Shown here piece by piece: positions 12,595 to 25,269 of a stretch of 64,000 nucleotides of DNA. The DNA is from the human T2T-CHM13v2.0 reference genome, Homo sapiens. The number at the start of each line of letters is the position of its first letter. The first letter of the stretch is position 1. The notes beneath the pieces were generated by a model. It ran no database searches. It worked only from the letters and a program-made list of their open reading frames with translations, and was not told where the DNA came from. The position numbers and the translations under genes were made by a program. The stretch is taken from the NCBI RefSeq assembly GCF_009914755.1, contig NC_060939.1. The stretch is one strand, 5' to 3'.

Positions 12595-13840
12595 GAATCT
12601 TAAAATTTAATAATGAGTCAAGATTTGAATAAATATTTTACCAAAGATGTATGAATGGCTAATAAAAATGTGAAAAGATGTTCAACACCAGTAGACTCTA
12701 GGGAAGTGCAAATTAAAACCACAGTGAGATACCATCCACTAAATGTCTATAACCAAGAAGTCCGATGGTACCAAGTGTTTACAAGGATGTGGAAAAACTG
12801 GAACGTTCATACGCACTGTGGGAATGTGAAACAGTTGCAGTGTCTTTGGAAAAAGTTTGACACTTTCTTACAAAGTTAAATATACACCCACCACACAACC
12901 CACAATTCCATTCCTAGGTATGTACCCAAGAGAAATAAAAACATGTTTGTATTTGTACATGATTTGTACATGAATGTTCACAGCAGCATTAGGCATAATA
13001 GTTCAACTCTGGAAGTAATCCAAATGTCCATCAACTAGTGAAGGGATTTAAAAGTGTGGTGTTTTAGTCCATTTGTGCTTCTATAACAAAACACCTGACA
13101 CTGAGTAATGTATAAACAACAGAAATTTATTTCTCACAGTTCTGGAGTCTGGAAGTCCAAGACCAAGATGATGGTATTTGGTGTCTGATGAGGGCTCAAT
13201 CTCTACTTCTAAGCTGGCACCTTGTCATTGTGACTTCTGGATGGCAGTAATGCTGTGTCTTCACATGGCGGAAGGAACAAAAAAACAAAAGATCCCTACC
13301 TAGTTCCCTCCAGCCCTTTCATAAGGTACTAATCCCAACCATGACGGCTCTGCCCTTATGGCTTAATCACCTCCTGAAGGCTCAATTTCTTAATACTGTT
13401 GCGTGGGGGATCAAGTTTCAACATGAATTTCAAAGGAGACAACAAACATTCAAACCATAGCACGTGGTGTATCCACAGAATGGAACTCAGCAACAACATA
13501 GTCGAAACTCAGAAACATTACGCTGTGTGAGGGAACCAAACATAAAAGGCTACATATGTGATTCCATTATAAGAAATGTCTACCAACAGCAAAATTATAG
13601 ATACAGAAAGCAGAAATTGGCTGAAGTGGGGGTGGGGAGGGGTAGGGGAGGGGCAGGTAGGAAAGGGAGTGTGAGGCATCATGGGGAATTTTTGGAGCAA
13701 AGCAGTGGTGACAGCTGTACAGCTGTATAAATTTACAAATATACAGCTGTATAAATTTATAAATTTGTAAATTTATAAATTTACAAATCATCCATTTACA
13801 ACGGGTGAGTTCCATGATTTATAAATTCTACCTTGGTAAA
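12595..13840 (+). mobile_element. Old L1M (L1ME-like) 3' region interrupted by an MST LTR
   Basis: gcaaattaaaaccacagtgagatacca, caattccattcctaggtat, ccaaatgtccatcaact; resumes after 13462. Confidence 0.8.
13060..13462 (-). mobile_element. MST-family (MSTD-like) solo LTR
   Basis: tgttttagtccatttgtgct..aacattcaaaccatagca; 5-bp TSD tgtgg/cgtgg. Confidence 0.85.
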
Positions 13841-14227
13841 AAGGAATGAAATAAGATTGTGACAAAATGGAGACTTCCCATGCCTCGGAAAATTTATACA
13901 AACATTGGTTTTTTGTTGAAAACACACCCACTTATTCACCAAGCTTGGCAGAAAATTCCTACCAACAATGGTCCAGGAGGTGGTAGAGTTGGTAAATTTT
14001 ACCCCAGTCAGGGTAAAGTCACCCTGGGTTGACAACCTTGTAATGTAAGCGGCTTTGTTTCTCTTCTGCTCTCTTTCCTCTCCTCCAGGTTAGCACTTCT
14101 GGCCACCAGTCAGGTGTTTTCACCCTTTCTGTGCCCACTGTCCTCAAGTGGGTAAGAGTTAGACACAATTGTTTAAATGGTGAGTTATTTAGACCCAGAG
14201 AGATAGGTTTTTCCTCTGTAAAGTGGG

Positions 14228-14582
14228 TAGTATGTTTTGGCTGTGTCCCCATTCAAATCTTAACTTGAATTGTATCTCCCAGAATTCCCACATGTTGTGA
14301 GAGGGACCTAGGGGGAGGTAATTGAATTACGGGGGCCGGTCTTTCCCATGGTATTCTCGTAATAGTGAGTAAGTCTCACGAGATCTGATGCGTTTATCAG
14401 GGATTTCCGCTTTTGCTTCCTCTTCATTTTTCTCTTGCCACCACCATGAGAGAGGCACCTTTCGCCTCCCACCATGATTCTGAGGCCTCCCCAGCTACGT
14501 GGAACTGTAAGTCCAGTTAAACCTCTTTTTCTTCCTAGTCTCAGGTATGTCTTTATCAGCAGCATGAAAATGGACTAATACA
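14228..14582 (+). mobile_element. THE1 (THE1A-like) solo LTR inserted in a MIR
   Basis: tggctgtgtcccc..tctcacgagatctgatg..gtctttatcagcagcatgaaaatggactaataca; TSD gtggg/gtggt. Confidence 0.92.
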
Positions 14583-15141
14583 GTGGTGATAATAAAACTA
14601 ACCACCAACCTCATCGTGCCAGAGGACATAAATGAGATTCAACGTTTATGAAGCACCAGCCCAGTGTCCGCATACAGGAGCTGCTCCATAAAGACCATCT
14701 GCTGGCCTCTCCTATTGTTTACCAAACCGGCTTCCAGGAAAGAGGGTGCTGTTAGTCATCGACACCTTTTGGGAATGCATTTCATTAAATTCCTTCTCTG
14801 CAACTGAAAGCACCCTTTTCAGAGTAGATGAATGGCTTTTACCCTGCCAAGGGGAAAGATGGGCACAGGCCAGTCCCCATCTTCCTAAAACTCCTGAAAC
14901 TCACTCCCTCGTCTCCTTACTTGGTTGCCCACCAATGGCTTTGGAAAGCCAATTTTTGGCAGATCAAAAACTGCACTTTGCTGTCTTGAAGTGCTGTGCT
15001 GTGTCTGTCACAGGATCTCAATGAGGGTAGTGCTATTTTCAGATCAGATCAGCAGACACACCCAGAATGCCAAGGACACAGCCACAGTCACCTGAATGTT
15101 GTGTGCCTGTTTGTTATTGTCACTAACAACAATGGTGTGGA

Positions 15142-15385
15142 CAGAGCTGGGACTGGGGTGATGCCAGCAGGATGCTTAGGGTACAATATTTAAGGAGGCA
15201 CCCTTTCAGTATCCTCCTCACCCTTGTGTGACCCTGAGGATGAGTGCCTGTTTAAGAATGAGTCTCCAGGGTGCAACATTTAGGGAGGCACCAACTCTCA
15301 GGTCATGCAAAAGCAGGGTAGGCACAGACAGCGTGTCTCTTTCAGTGTTGCACCCTAGACACCTCACTTGCCTTTGGGGCAGCCC
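15142..15385. mobile_element. MER96/MER96B-like hAT MITE
   Basis: gctgggactggggtga..atttaaggaggcac (twice)..ttgcaccctagacacctcacttgcc. Confidence 0.7.
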
Positions 15386-15714
15386 AAGAGACAAGGGCCT
15401 GGACCCAAGCCCAGATGCTGCTGTTAGAGCACCAGCTTTGCCAGCAATTAGCTGCGTACCCTTGAGCAAGTTTATGTCTCCTATTTCCTGCCTGTCCTGG
15501 TTCTATGACTCAAGGGCTACTTCACTCCTCTCAGTAATAGAGCACAACAATGATGGAAATACCCATGACCTGGATGGATTAGGTCCCAACTTACATTTCA
15601 TGTCTTCACAGAAGCATTTCCTGACCCTGTAGGCCACCCTCTGTCATGTGCTATTAGCAACCTGTTCATTTTATTCATAGCAGTTATCAGAACTTATTTT
15701 TATTTGTTGGTTTA

Positions 15715-16110
15715 TATCAGGCAAGGTGGTGTACATTAAAGTGCAATCATAAACAACCCTCAAATCTCAGGAGCTTAAACAGTAAAAGTTTCTAGCTTTT
15801 TCACACCACACGTGCTTTGTGGGCTGGCTAGGAGGCTCGGCTCAGGGACCAGGCTGATGGGCAGCGACTGTATGGAGCACTGCCCTGGTCGTGGTGCCAG
15901 AGGGAAAAGAAAGCTTTAGAGAGCATTGCACAAACTGCTCAGCCCAGAAGGGCACCACACTTCCACTCACCACTCATTGGCCAGAACTGGTCAAGGGTCC
16001 ATCCCGGAGGGCCTCAGTGATGTGTCCTCCTAACTCATGCCAGCAAAGATGGCATGAGTTAACTCAACCCAGAAAGCCCAAAGGTTTGGTGCGCAGTTCT
16101 AACGACTACC
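15715..16110 (-). mobile_element. Old MLT1 (J/K-like) LTR
   Basis: aacaaccctcaaatctcag..cagggaccaggctgatgg..ctcattggccagaactggtca. Confidence 0.6.
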
Positions 16111-17024
16111 ACATTATTTATTTGGTTTTGCCTGTCTCCCCTGACCAGAATGGCCCATCAGAGCAGGATGGTCTGTCTTCTTCATCATTTTAACCCCAGT
16201 GCTAGCACCTCGTTGGTGCTTAATAACCATCTCTTGACTGACCAGATGGTTCTGATATTTTAGGATTGGTTATCAAGACTGTCTATTGGATGAATGTCAT
16301 CTGTTCAGAGCCTGGAGGATTCAGAGCCCAGCTTACCAAGTTAACTGGACTCTCCTAAAAGGAGAAAAATAATGACTCTAACTACTGCTTTTCTTAATTT
16401 TCTCCTTGACTGCCTAACTGCAGAAGCAAATGAATAAGAACCTCTGAAAGCCTAGGAGAATAGTCCAAAATGGCAACCTATAATCTGAAATCTCTTTGTA
16501 ATTTTATTCTTCATCTTAAAAAGTTCATGTGAATTTCACATTCTGTTGCATCTTATATTCATGGTCGTAAAAAAAACCACCAAGTTTTAAAATATTTAGC
16601 TGAGTAAAATTCATGCTCCCTGAACACGTGTCATGCTTCTTGTGGGGTTCAAGGTCCCCTAAGATCCCACCTACCTCACCTCCAGGGTGGTTTGCTCCAA
16701 GCCAGGAGAGGCGCTAAGCCTCCTGAGATATCTCCTGGGCCTTAAGGCTTAAGCTTAACTTATTAAGAACCTCTTCTGCATTTCTTTCCCACTCGGGATT
16801 CATTCAGGAATTATGGTGACTCTTTTTCTCTGATGGGGACAAAATTCCAATTATATATGGAACTTGACTTTGTCTAATGAAATCAGGAAAAGATGGTGAT
16901 AAGGCCTCATTTTCTTTACCACAGGTTGATAGACTAAGTTCTTCAGATCCACTGTTTCTCCAATATTTTTTTGCCATGACCCACACTAAGAAGGAATACA
17001 TTGTCTGTCACGTCCAGTAATGGA

Positions 17025-17394
17025 CACCACTGGCAACCTCATTCAGGCTGGGGCACCCATCCCCAGTGGGTGAAGATCACAGAGGCCTCATCCTCTGGAG
17101 AACTGTCCTTGCAGAATAGGAGCTGACTTTCCAGGTTACGCACCCCTCCTCTTCAGATCAGCCCACAGCCCACAGCTGATGGTGGACCTGGGAGTTCACA
17201 GTCTGGCCCCTTCCCTAAGGCAGCACCAGGTCTGTGGAACAACTCAAGCATCAGAGCCCCAGAAATCACGCTGGGAGCACACACTCTCGTTCAGCTCCTT
17301 CTCCTGCCCCAGCTGGTCCCCCTCACTTTTCCAGATCACACACACCCAGATCTGTTTTGTTGAGCTCTGCTTCTAGGGAAACTGACTTAAGACA
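17025..17394 (+). mobile_element. LTR16-family ERVL LTR
   Basis: ctggagaactgtcctt..ctggccccttccct..ctctgcttctagggaaactgacttaagaca terminus. Confidence 0.65.
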
Positions 17395-17494
17395 CACACA
17401 CAGATACACGTATACACACACACCTGAAATAAAATTTTGAGTAAACAGTACTTACACTTACTTCATGTCATGCACTCTTATTTTCTGTACTATT

Positions 17495-17543
17495 CTTTTT
17501 TGTTTTGTTTTGTTTTGTTTGAGACAGAGTCTCGCTCTGTCCC
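17495..17543 (-). mobile_element. Extremely 5'-truncated Alu (tail plus ~23 bp) within a hAT-Charlie-like remnant
   Basis: (TTTTG)n then gagacagagtctcgctctgtccc; ctatt on both sides. Confidence 0.75.
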
Positions 17544-18919
17544 CTATTTTTTAATTGCTTGTTTGTAACCCTCTAATTTTATTTCATAATCCATGAATGG
17601 GTCACAGCTCTGCAATTTGAAAAATACTACACTTTATAAGCAATCTAGGGATAAAACAAACAAACAAACAAAAACCTACACTTCCCTAACCTTTCCAAGT
17701 TAACCTTCTGGAGACTGGTGTACTGCAATCCAAAAGGTTCAGGACAGGGTGGAGTGAAGGGAATCTGTCATGGTATGCACGGCATTGAGAGTTTTGAGAC
17801 TCAGGAGATATATTCTCCTAGGGCCAAGTATCTAAAGTAGCCCCAAGCATCTACTGCCTTCTGACTGCTGAGAAGGGCACCAGCCTCCCTCCGCTCTATC
17901 CTTTCCCCTGCAAATGCATTCACTTCTGTTCCAAGAGATAAAGCAGTTTTTGACCTTACATAAATACACAGAGATGTACATAAGAAAAGTTTATTTCAGC
18001 ATCATCTATGATGCCAAAACCAAAACATCCCAAATGGCCCTCAGTAAATGCACCTCAGTACAACCAGACAAAGGAACACCATGTGTCCATTAAAAATAAT
18101 GAAATAAGTTATGTAAGTACTGAAAACTTTCCATGATACACTAACTGCAGAAATCAATTGGCCCTACAGTTCTCCAATGTAATTTCATTTTTATTTTTGT
18201 AAAGTTAGTATGTGTATGGTAAACATATGGAAAAATAGGCTCAAAATTATTTGTGGTAATCATCTGCGGGGGCATGATTACGGAACACTTTCTTTCATTT
18301 TCTAAGTCATACATTTCCATAGCGTTTGAACTTTTTACTGCAAGCATGAATTATTTCTAAAATGAGAAAAAGCAATACCTTTTCATTTAAAAAAGGCAAA
18401 ATACAAAAAGAAGGTATTTTATAAGGTGGCATCGTAAGTTCCTTTGAAGGTACAATAGCAGTCCTTCAGCGAATAAAGTATGCATTCAAAAGTGAGACAG
18501 GAAACATTTCTGTAAGTTCATGCCCTCAGATAACATCTTTGCTCCAACATATAGACATATCAGATAAAGAACAAATGGAGAAGACTTATACACTGTAGTG
18601 AGACTCAGAAACCAGATAAACATCCCTGTGTACTACAAATGACAAGAAAGCCCACCAGGAGCTGGACTGAGGCCAGGGCTTTGGTGCCTGGTTCTGAAAG
18701 CTCAGATGGTGGCTCCCACAAGGCTGTAAGGGCTAAAAGGGGTAGGGATGGAGGGAGTGGAAAGTCAGGGTTTGGGGCTCCCAAACCTTCTGGAAAGCTA
18801 GAAAATGCTGCCTGGAACATTGTTTTGTTTTAATCAAGGGTTTGTTACCCTGGCTGCATCTTTAACTTGATAAGTTTTTAGAAAAATACCACTGCCCAGA
18901 AATTCTGACTTAATTTCTT

Positions 18920-19087
18920 TAATTCTTTCTCCCTCTCTCTCTCCTTTCCCTCCCCGTTTCCCAGTCCCTTCCCTCCTTCTCCCTCTTCTCCCTTTACTCC
19001 TCTCTCTTCCCCTCCTAATCTCTCTCCCTCTTCTCCCTTTACTCCTCTCTCTTCCCCTCCTACTCTCTCCCCCTCTCCCTCTTTCCT
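18920..19087. repeat. Polypyrimidine (CT-rich) low-complexity tract with an internal 45-bp tandem duplication
   Basis: ccctcttctccctttactcctctctcttcccctccta at 18981 and 19026. Confidence 0.9.
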
Positions 19088-19996
19088 GTTTAAAGGACTC
19101 CTTTGGAGATTGCAACATACATCCAGGATTGATGTTAATTAACACCTTGGGCTTAGGGGTCAACGGATCCAGACAAAGGCTCTGCCCAGGTACTCAGCCA
19201 AGCAAGCAGCCAGCTTGAAGATGAGATTTGGGATTTGCCCCCATTGTGGGTACTTCTGAACATCAGCAAGGCCTGCTTAGGGACTGGAGGCCCTGGGGAA
19301 GGGAGTGGGGTTTAGGAGGGAGCCAAATACTGCTATTCAGAGTGAGGTAATGGGACAGAGAGACAGACAGGGAAAAAACATGTTCCTCCACAGGCAAACG
19401 GATGAATACATGATGTACTCATATAACAGAATGTTATAGAGTGATGAAGATTTGTAACCCAGCATTAACATGGCACCAAAGTGGATATCCCTCAAAAACA
19501 TAATGCTGAGTTATAGAAACATTTTACAGCATGGTTTGTATGTTATGATGCCATTTATTTACATTTTAAACACTAGGAACCAAAAACCATATATTGTTTT
19601 GCAGCTAAAACTATTAAAATATTCATGAGATTCTAACACACTGACTTCGGGGCAGGGGTTCCCTTTGGCAAGGGAGGAAGAGGAGTGGGGTTGAAGAGAG
19701 GTGCACAGGGAAGAATAAATGGGAACAAACCGTGGGTACCCGCACTGCACAACTTGGGTGGATCTGAAGGCATCGTGCTGTGTGTAAGAAACTGGTAGTA
19801 AAAGGTCACATAATTTATTACTCCATTTATGACATTTATGAAAAGACAAAATTATAGTGATGAAGAATAGATTAGTGGTTGTCAGGAGGAAGATGGGACT
19901 ACAAAGGGATAGTCCACCAGGGTGGTGGGGTTCTTCTGTATCCCAGCTGTGGTGATGGTAACGCAAATCTACACGTGCATTAAAATTCACAGGACT

Positions 19997-20303
<307 letters not shown>

Positions 20304-20305
20304 CT

Positions 20306-20529
20306 AAATTTCACAAAGAAAAGTAGAATGGATGGTTGCCAGGGACTGAGGGAAGGGACTCATTACATAATGGATATGGAGTTTCAGTTTGAGAAGATGA
20401 AAAGATTCTAGAAATGTATAGTGGTAGTGGTTGTACGACAATGTGTATGCACTTAGCATGAATTGGACACTTAAAAATGGTTAACTTGGGAAACTTTCAT
20501 GTACATTTTACCACAATAAAAAATGTTTT
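20306..20529 (+). mobile_element. L1MB-like 3' end inserted in an older L1MC/ME 3'UTR (host L1 pieces ~19380-20700)
   Basis: agtagaatggatggttgccaggg..acacttaaaaatggttaa..ttttaccacaataaaaa; right TSD aattcataggact 20530-20542. Confidence 0.8.
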
Positions 20530-22028
20530 AATTCATAGGACTGTACACCAAAAAAAGCCAATTTTGATTGAATGGAAATTTTTTAAAAACTAAAAGAAAA
20601 ATCAGAAGCAAATACTGCAAACTGTTACATTAAAGCTAAATAATAGATACATTTATGTCTATTACTCAATTTTCTAAACTTTTCTGCAAGTTTAAAATGC
20701 CCTAATAAGTTCCTAATAGTTTAAGGTAGAATCAAAATTTTGGGGCTGTGGGAAGCTTTTGAGATCATTTTTTCCAGATTCCATACTAGAATGGAGTGAA
20801 ACTGAGTTTTCACAGCTAAAAACTCCTGACTCCAGTCCAGTGCTTTAACCACAACGATTATTTGGAACTCAAGATTCTAATTGATAATAAAATCAGGCTT
20901 CTTCCACTTAGGAAAGCTTATGAGATGCAAAGAACCATGAAAAGTATGCTCAACTTTTCTAGTCCATAGGAAACTATTTCTACATAATCAGAACACTCAA
21001 CTAAGAACAGAATTAATATTTAATCAGTAGCTCTCTTCAAAAGAATTGTTAAAATAAATTTAAAAGAAAAAAGTCACAAAAATCTTGTGTCAATTTTACT
21101 GAGGTATTCTAACTGATCGCATAAGACATTTTAATTTGTTTCATGTCATCTTTGCATCTGCCTGTCTTTGTTCTCACCCCCGCTCTCCTCCTATATAAAT
21201 ATAATCTTATACTGAATAGCTTCTCCGACCTCTTCTCACCCCCTATCTAATCTTGAGTGAGGGTTGCTCTAATTAGAACTGACTTTCTTTAACAAGTAGT
21301 ACTCTGCAAAATTCTGGGGTAAAAAAAACACCCTTCACCACTGGATCTGTAGGGTTGCTGGTTGCAAGCAACAGAACTGACTGGGAAAGCCAGGACATGC
21401 AGTCTTGTAGGGGGCAGGATGAGAGAGAGGAAGCCTGGCCACCGGCAAGGGGCCTCTGTTGGAGATACCACCTCTGGTATCATTGCTGCTAGCAAGAGCC
21501 TCACCTTGTTGCAGTCATCAGTAAGGAATTTTTCAGCTGATGGCATATCTTCTGTGGATTATTCCAGTGAGGTGGAGGGTTCTGGGTGTGGACCTCCAGT
21601 TGGCTGAGCCTAGGGCCTCAGCCCATTCTTTCTGACATCCTCTGCCAAGAGCTTCTTTAAAGGAGGTGGCAGCTCTGCCTTGCAACACACAATGACAGAC
21701 TCTCTTTCCTCCCAAGTAGGGGGAGAATTCAACACTGGGTAGCAAAGAAAAGAACTGCCTACCTTCATCAGTGCCCATGGGCTTCCCAACTGCCACGTGT
21801 GCCTTTGCTTCCTTACTTCAGTTTCCCTTGCCACCCCCTCCCTCAGGTATAGAAGTACTTCATCTTCTATACCTGAGGAAGTATTTTTATGCCTAATGGA
21901 AACTCCTCCTACTGCATTTTACCAACTCTCTTGAGTCCTCCAGTGGGAAAAGCTCTTTACCATCACTCCTACAGCTTTTACTCCAAAGTAGGTAGGGATG
22001 GCCACACTGGGCCAACCTATAAAGCCAT

Positions 22029-22428
22029 CTCTATTAGTTTGCTAAGGTTGCCATAACAAAATATTGCAGACTGGGTGGCAACAAACAGAAATTTCTTCTT
22101 TCATAGTTCTAGAGGCTGGAAGTCCAAGATCAAGATGCCAGCAGGGTTGGTTTCCTCTGAGGCCGCTCTTTTTGGCTCGTGGATGGCCGCCCTATTGCTG
22201 CCTCTTCACAGGCTCCTCCCTCTATGCATGCTCACCCCTGGTGTCTCTCTCTGTGTCCTAATCTTTTCTTCTTATTAGGACACCCATCAGATTGGATTAG
22301 GGCCCACTCTAATGGTCTCATGTTAACTTAATTACCTCTTTGGTATCTCCAAATACTGTCACATGCTGAGGTCCTGAGCTAGGAGTTCAACATATGAATT
22401 TGGAGAGGCCACAGTTCAGTCCAAAACA
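22029..22428 (-). mobile_element. MLT1A/B-like solo LTR
   Basis: tattagtttgctaaggttgccataacaaaata..ggctggaagtccaagatcaag..ttcaacatatgaattt. Confidence 0.88.
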
Positions 22429-23507
22429 CCTCCCAGCTAGCACTCTGTCTCAGACAATAGAACCAAAGTGTACTGTGGAGAGCCAAGGTGCACCTCCTGA
22501 TTCATTCTTGTATTCATTCTCATTCCACCAATATTTCATAAGAGCCATTTAAATGGTTATAGGATCTACATAAAACCAACAAATTGATCTTTACAAATGC
22601 ATTTCTCATCATCTCACCCTTCACATGGAAACTCCTGAATGGTTCCCCATGGCCTTAAGAGAACTCAAAAATCCAAGTATGGTATACGAAATATTCAAAG
22701 ATCTGGAATCTGCTTACCTACCCAGCCATAATTCCCTCACATGCCTTTTGCTGCAGTTAAAGTACTGAAGTATAGTGGGTGCACACACAAGTTATGCTGA
22801 GTTACTTCTAGTTGTATGATCCTAGGCAAAATGTGCTTTACTCAAAAATTATTTAATTATCATCTCCTTTCTGCAGCTGTGTGAGGCCCTGGGGCAGATA
22901 AAAAGATCTCATCCTCAAAGATCTAATTGGAAGGGAATGTCAGCAAGTAAACAAAAACTACATTGCAATTGATAGGCAGTATAGTCTAGATGTATGCAAA
23001 ATGTGTCAGAAGCTCAGAGGAAAGTCTCCTTACATTTCTAGGGCACACGTTTCCCCAGTAAAACAATACACCAACCTCCAAAATTAAACTAAGGGTAAGG
23101 CCAATGCATAGCGTAACCTATATGTTTGCTAATACATTGCTGAAGTAAATCAGAAATGTGGGTCGGATCCAGTTATTGAGTTAAGTCACATCTTACATAA
23201 CTAATGAAATGGAAATTGGTTACACACCCACCAAAGTATGCAGAGCCCTCAGGTGGAGATTAAAATCCCTTCTTGCTGCCACAAATTCATCTCTGCAGTG
23301 TTTTAAAAATGCACATATGAAAGTTACAGGTGACAAGCACTGTACAAGCCACTTCACCAAGCTTGAGATAGTCTAGCTATTAATCACCTAAACTAGCAGC
23401 CATGGTCTGATGATATGCTAAAATAAAATAATGCAACTCGCAGTGAGGGTTATTTTATTTACATTTTAAATCTTCTAGCATATGTCTCAAGAAGTTTTCT
23501 GGCCCAA

Positions 23508-23865
<358 letters not shown>

Positions 23866-24309
23866 TTAAGCTGCCAGAGGAATGGAGACTGAACTCTTCC
23901 CTCTAAGACCTCTTAGAAATGCTAGGTATAATGTGTGTCACTTTGTTTTTAATGCACAGCTGCGTTCACAACCAAGAAAGGGAAATTCCCAAGTGATGAA
24001 AATGAAAAGAGACCATAAAAGAAAAGTAGTAAGTGATGAGCAGCTGCCAAATTGGATGAGAAGATATTGACATCAGTTTCCTAGGGGCGCCGGCTTTAAT
24101 GCCCGCGTGGGAAAAGGAAAGAAGTCCTTGAGTCCACATGAGGTAGGGAGTGGGAACAGGGCCGCTGCTTAAAACCTGAACTCTCAAAGGGTGGCACCTG
24201 CAGAGAAAGGTGGACTAACAATAATCAATTTACTGGCAAATAGATCAAGGGTGTCTTTGCTCACATTCTGGAGAAGAAAATATACCAATCCAGATGGATT
24301 GATAAATTG

Positions 24310-24957
24310 AGGCATTTATTAATTTATTGCCTCTCAGCTTTGAACTTGTAATACCTGGTCTGGGATCACAGTCTGAACACTGTAAGCCTTTCTCCTTCAC
24401 AGTAAGGATCATACTATACTTGTCAGCAGAGGGCACTGGAGGGACACTGCAGGAGGAAAAGGGCTTCTCTTCCTGGTTTCTGTGTGAGGGGTTTGGCTTT
24501 TTATTGCTCCTGCTGCAGGGTTGGTCAGCAGGGTGGGTGAAGGGGGACATCCAGTGGTGTTCTGCACGGTCCCTCGGTGACCTCACCATTCCAGCCAGTC
24601 CTGTGACCACCTTTCCATGGTCCTCCTGACACAGACTTCCCATGCTCCAGACTTTACACCTTGTGTTTCCTGTTTGCCCAGCAACTGCGGATGGGCCGCA
24701 GTAAACTCCTCTCCTTCCTGTGAGCTGCAGCCACATCTTTGCCAATGAGTTTTGAACCCCAGCCTCAAGAAGGCCCCATCCTATCCAAATGTGCCCTTCC
24801 TTGGGTATTCTCTCTCAGCCCTAGAGTCTCAATGTAGCATTCCCTTTACATCATTTTAGTTACTCTGTTAACATAGCTTAATAATGCCTTATAGTAAATT
24901 AACTTATTTAAGTTATTATGTGTGGTTTCTGTCTCCCGATTAGACCCAGACTGATAC
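24310..24957 (+). mobile_element. LTR52/LTR41-family ERVL solo LTR
   Basis: tttattaatttattgcctctcagct..gtcagcagagggcactggagggacactgcaggagg..gtgtggtttctgtctcccgattagacccagactgatac. Confidence 0.75.
24421..24438 (+). promoter_or_regulatory. CTCF-like motif carried by an LTR
   Basis: TGTCAGCAGAGGGCACTG resembles the CTCF core CCASYAGRKGGCRS. Confidence 0.45.
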
Positions 24958-25269
24958 CACTGAGACATCAAAAATCTCTGGCCTATGCTATTAAAGATAC
25001 AAATTTATATTACCTAGCATGAGTAAACACAAAAACATTATGAAGGGTTACTTCCTCAACCAAGGTGGCATAGCATTCTCCAAAAAGCGAAATACTGAAT
25101 ATACATCCAATCCAAAATTTAAAAACTCACAACGGAACAACCCTTAAGTATTGTCAAATATACAGTAAAATACAATAATGAATTTAGAACCAGGCTTAGA
25201 ACTAAATGGGCTTAGAACTAAAGTACTTAGAATAAAGAATTTAGAATGGGCTTAGAACTAAAGTAACTT

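Noticed and set aside
18834-19163. Arg/Gly/Glu-rich 109-aa ORF
   Set aside because: Translation of the purine-rich low-complexity strand
24245-24745. 166-aa ORF
   Set aside because: Antisense through an LTR; no recognisable domain
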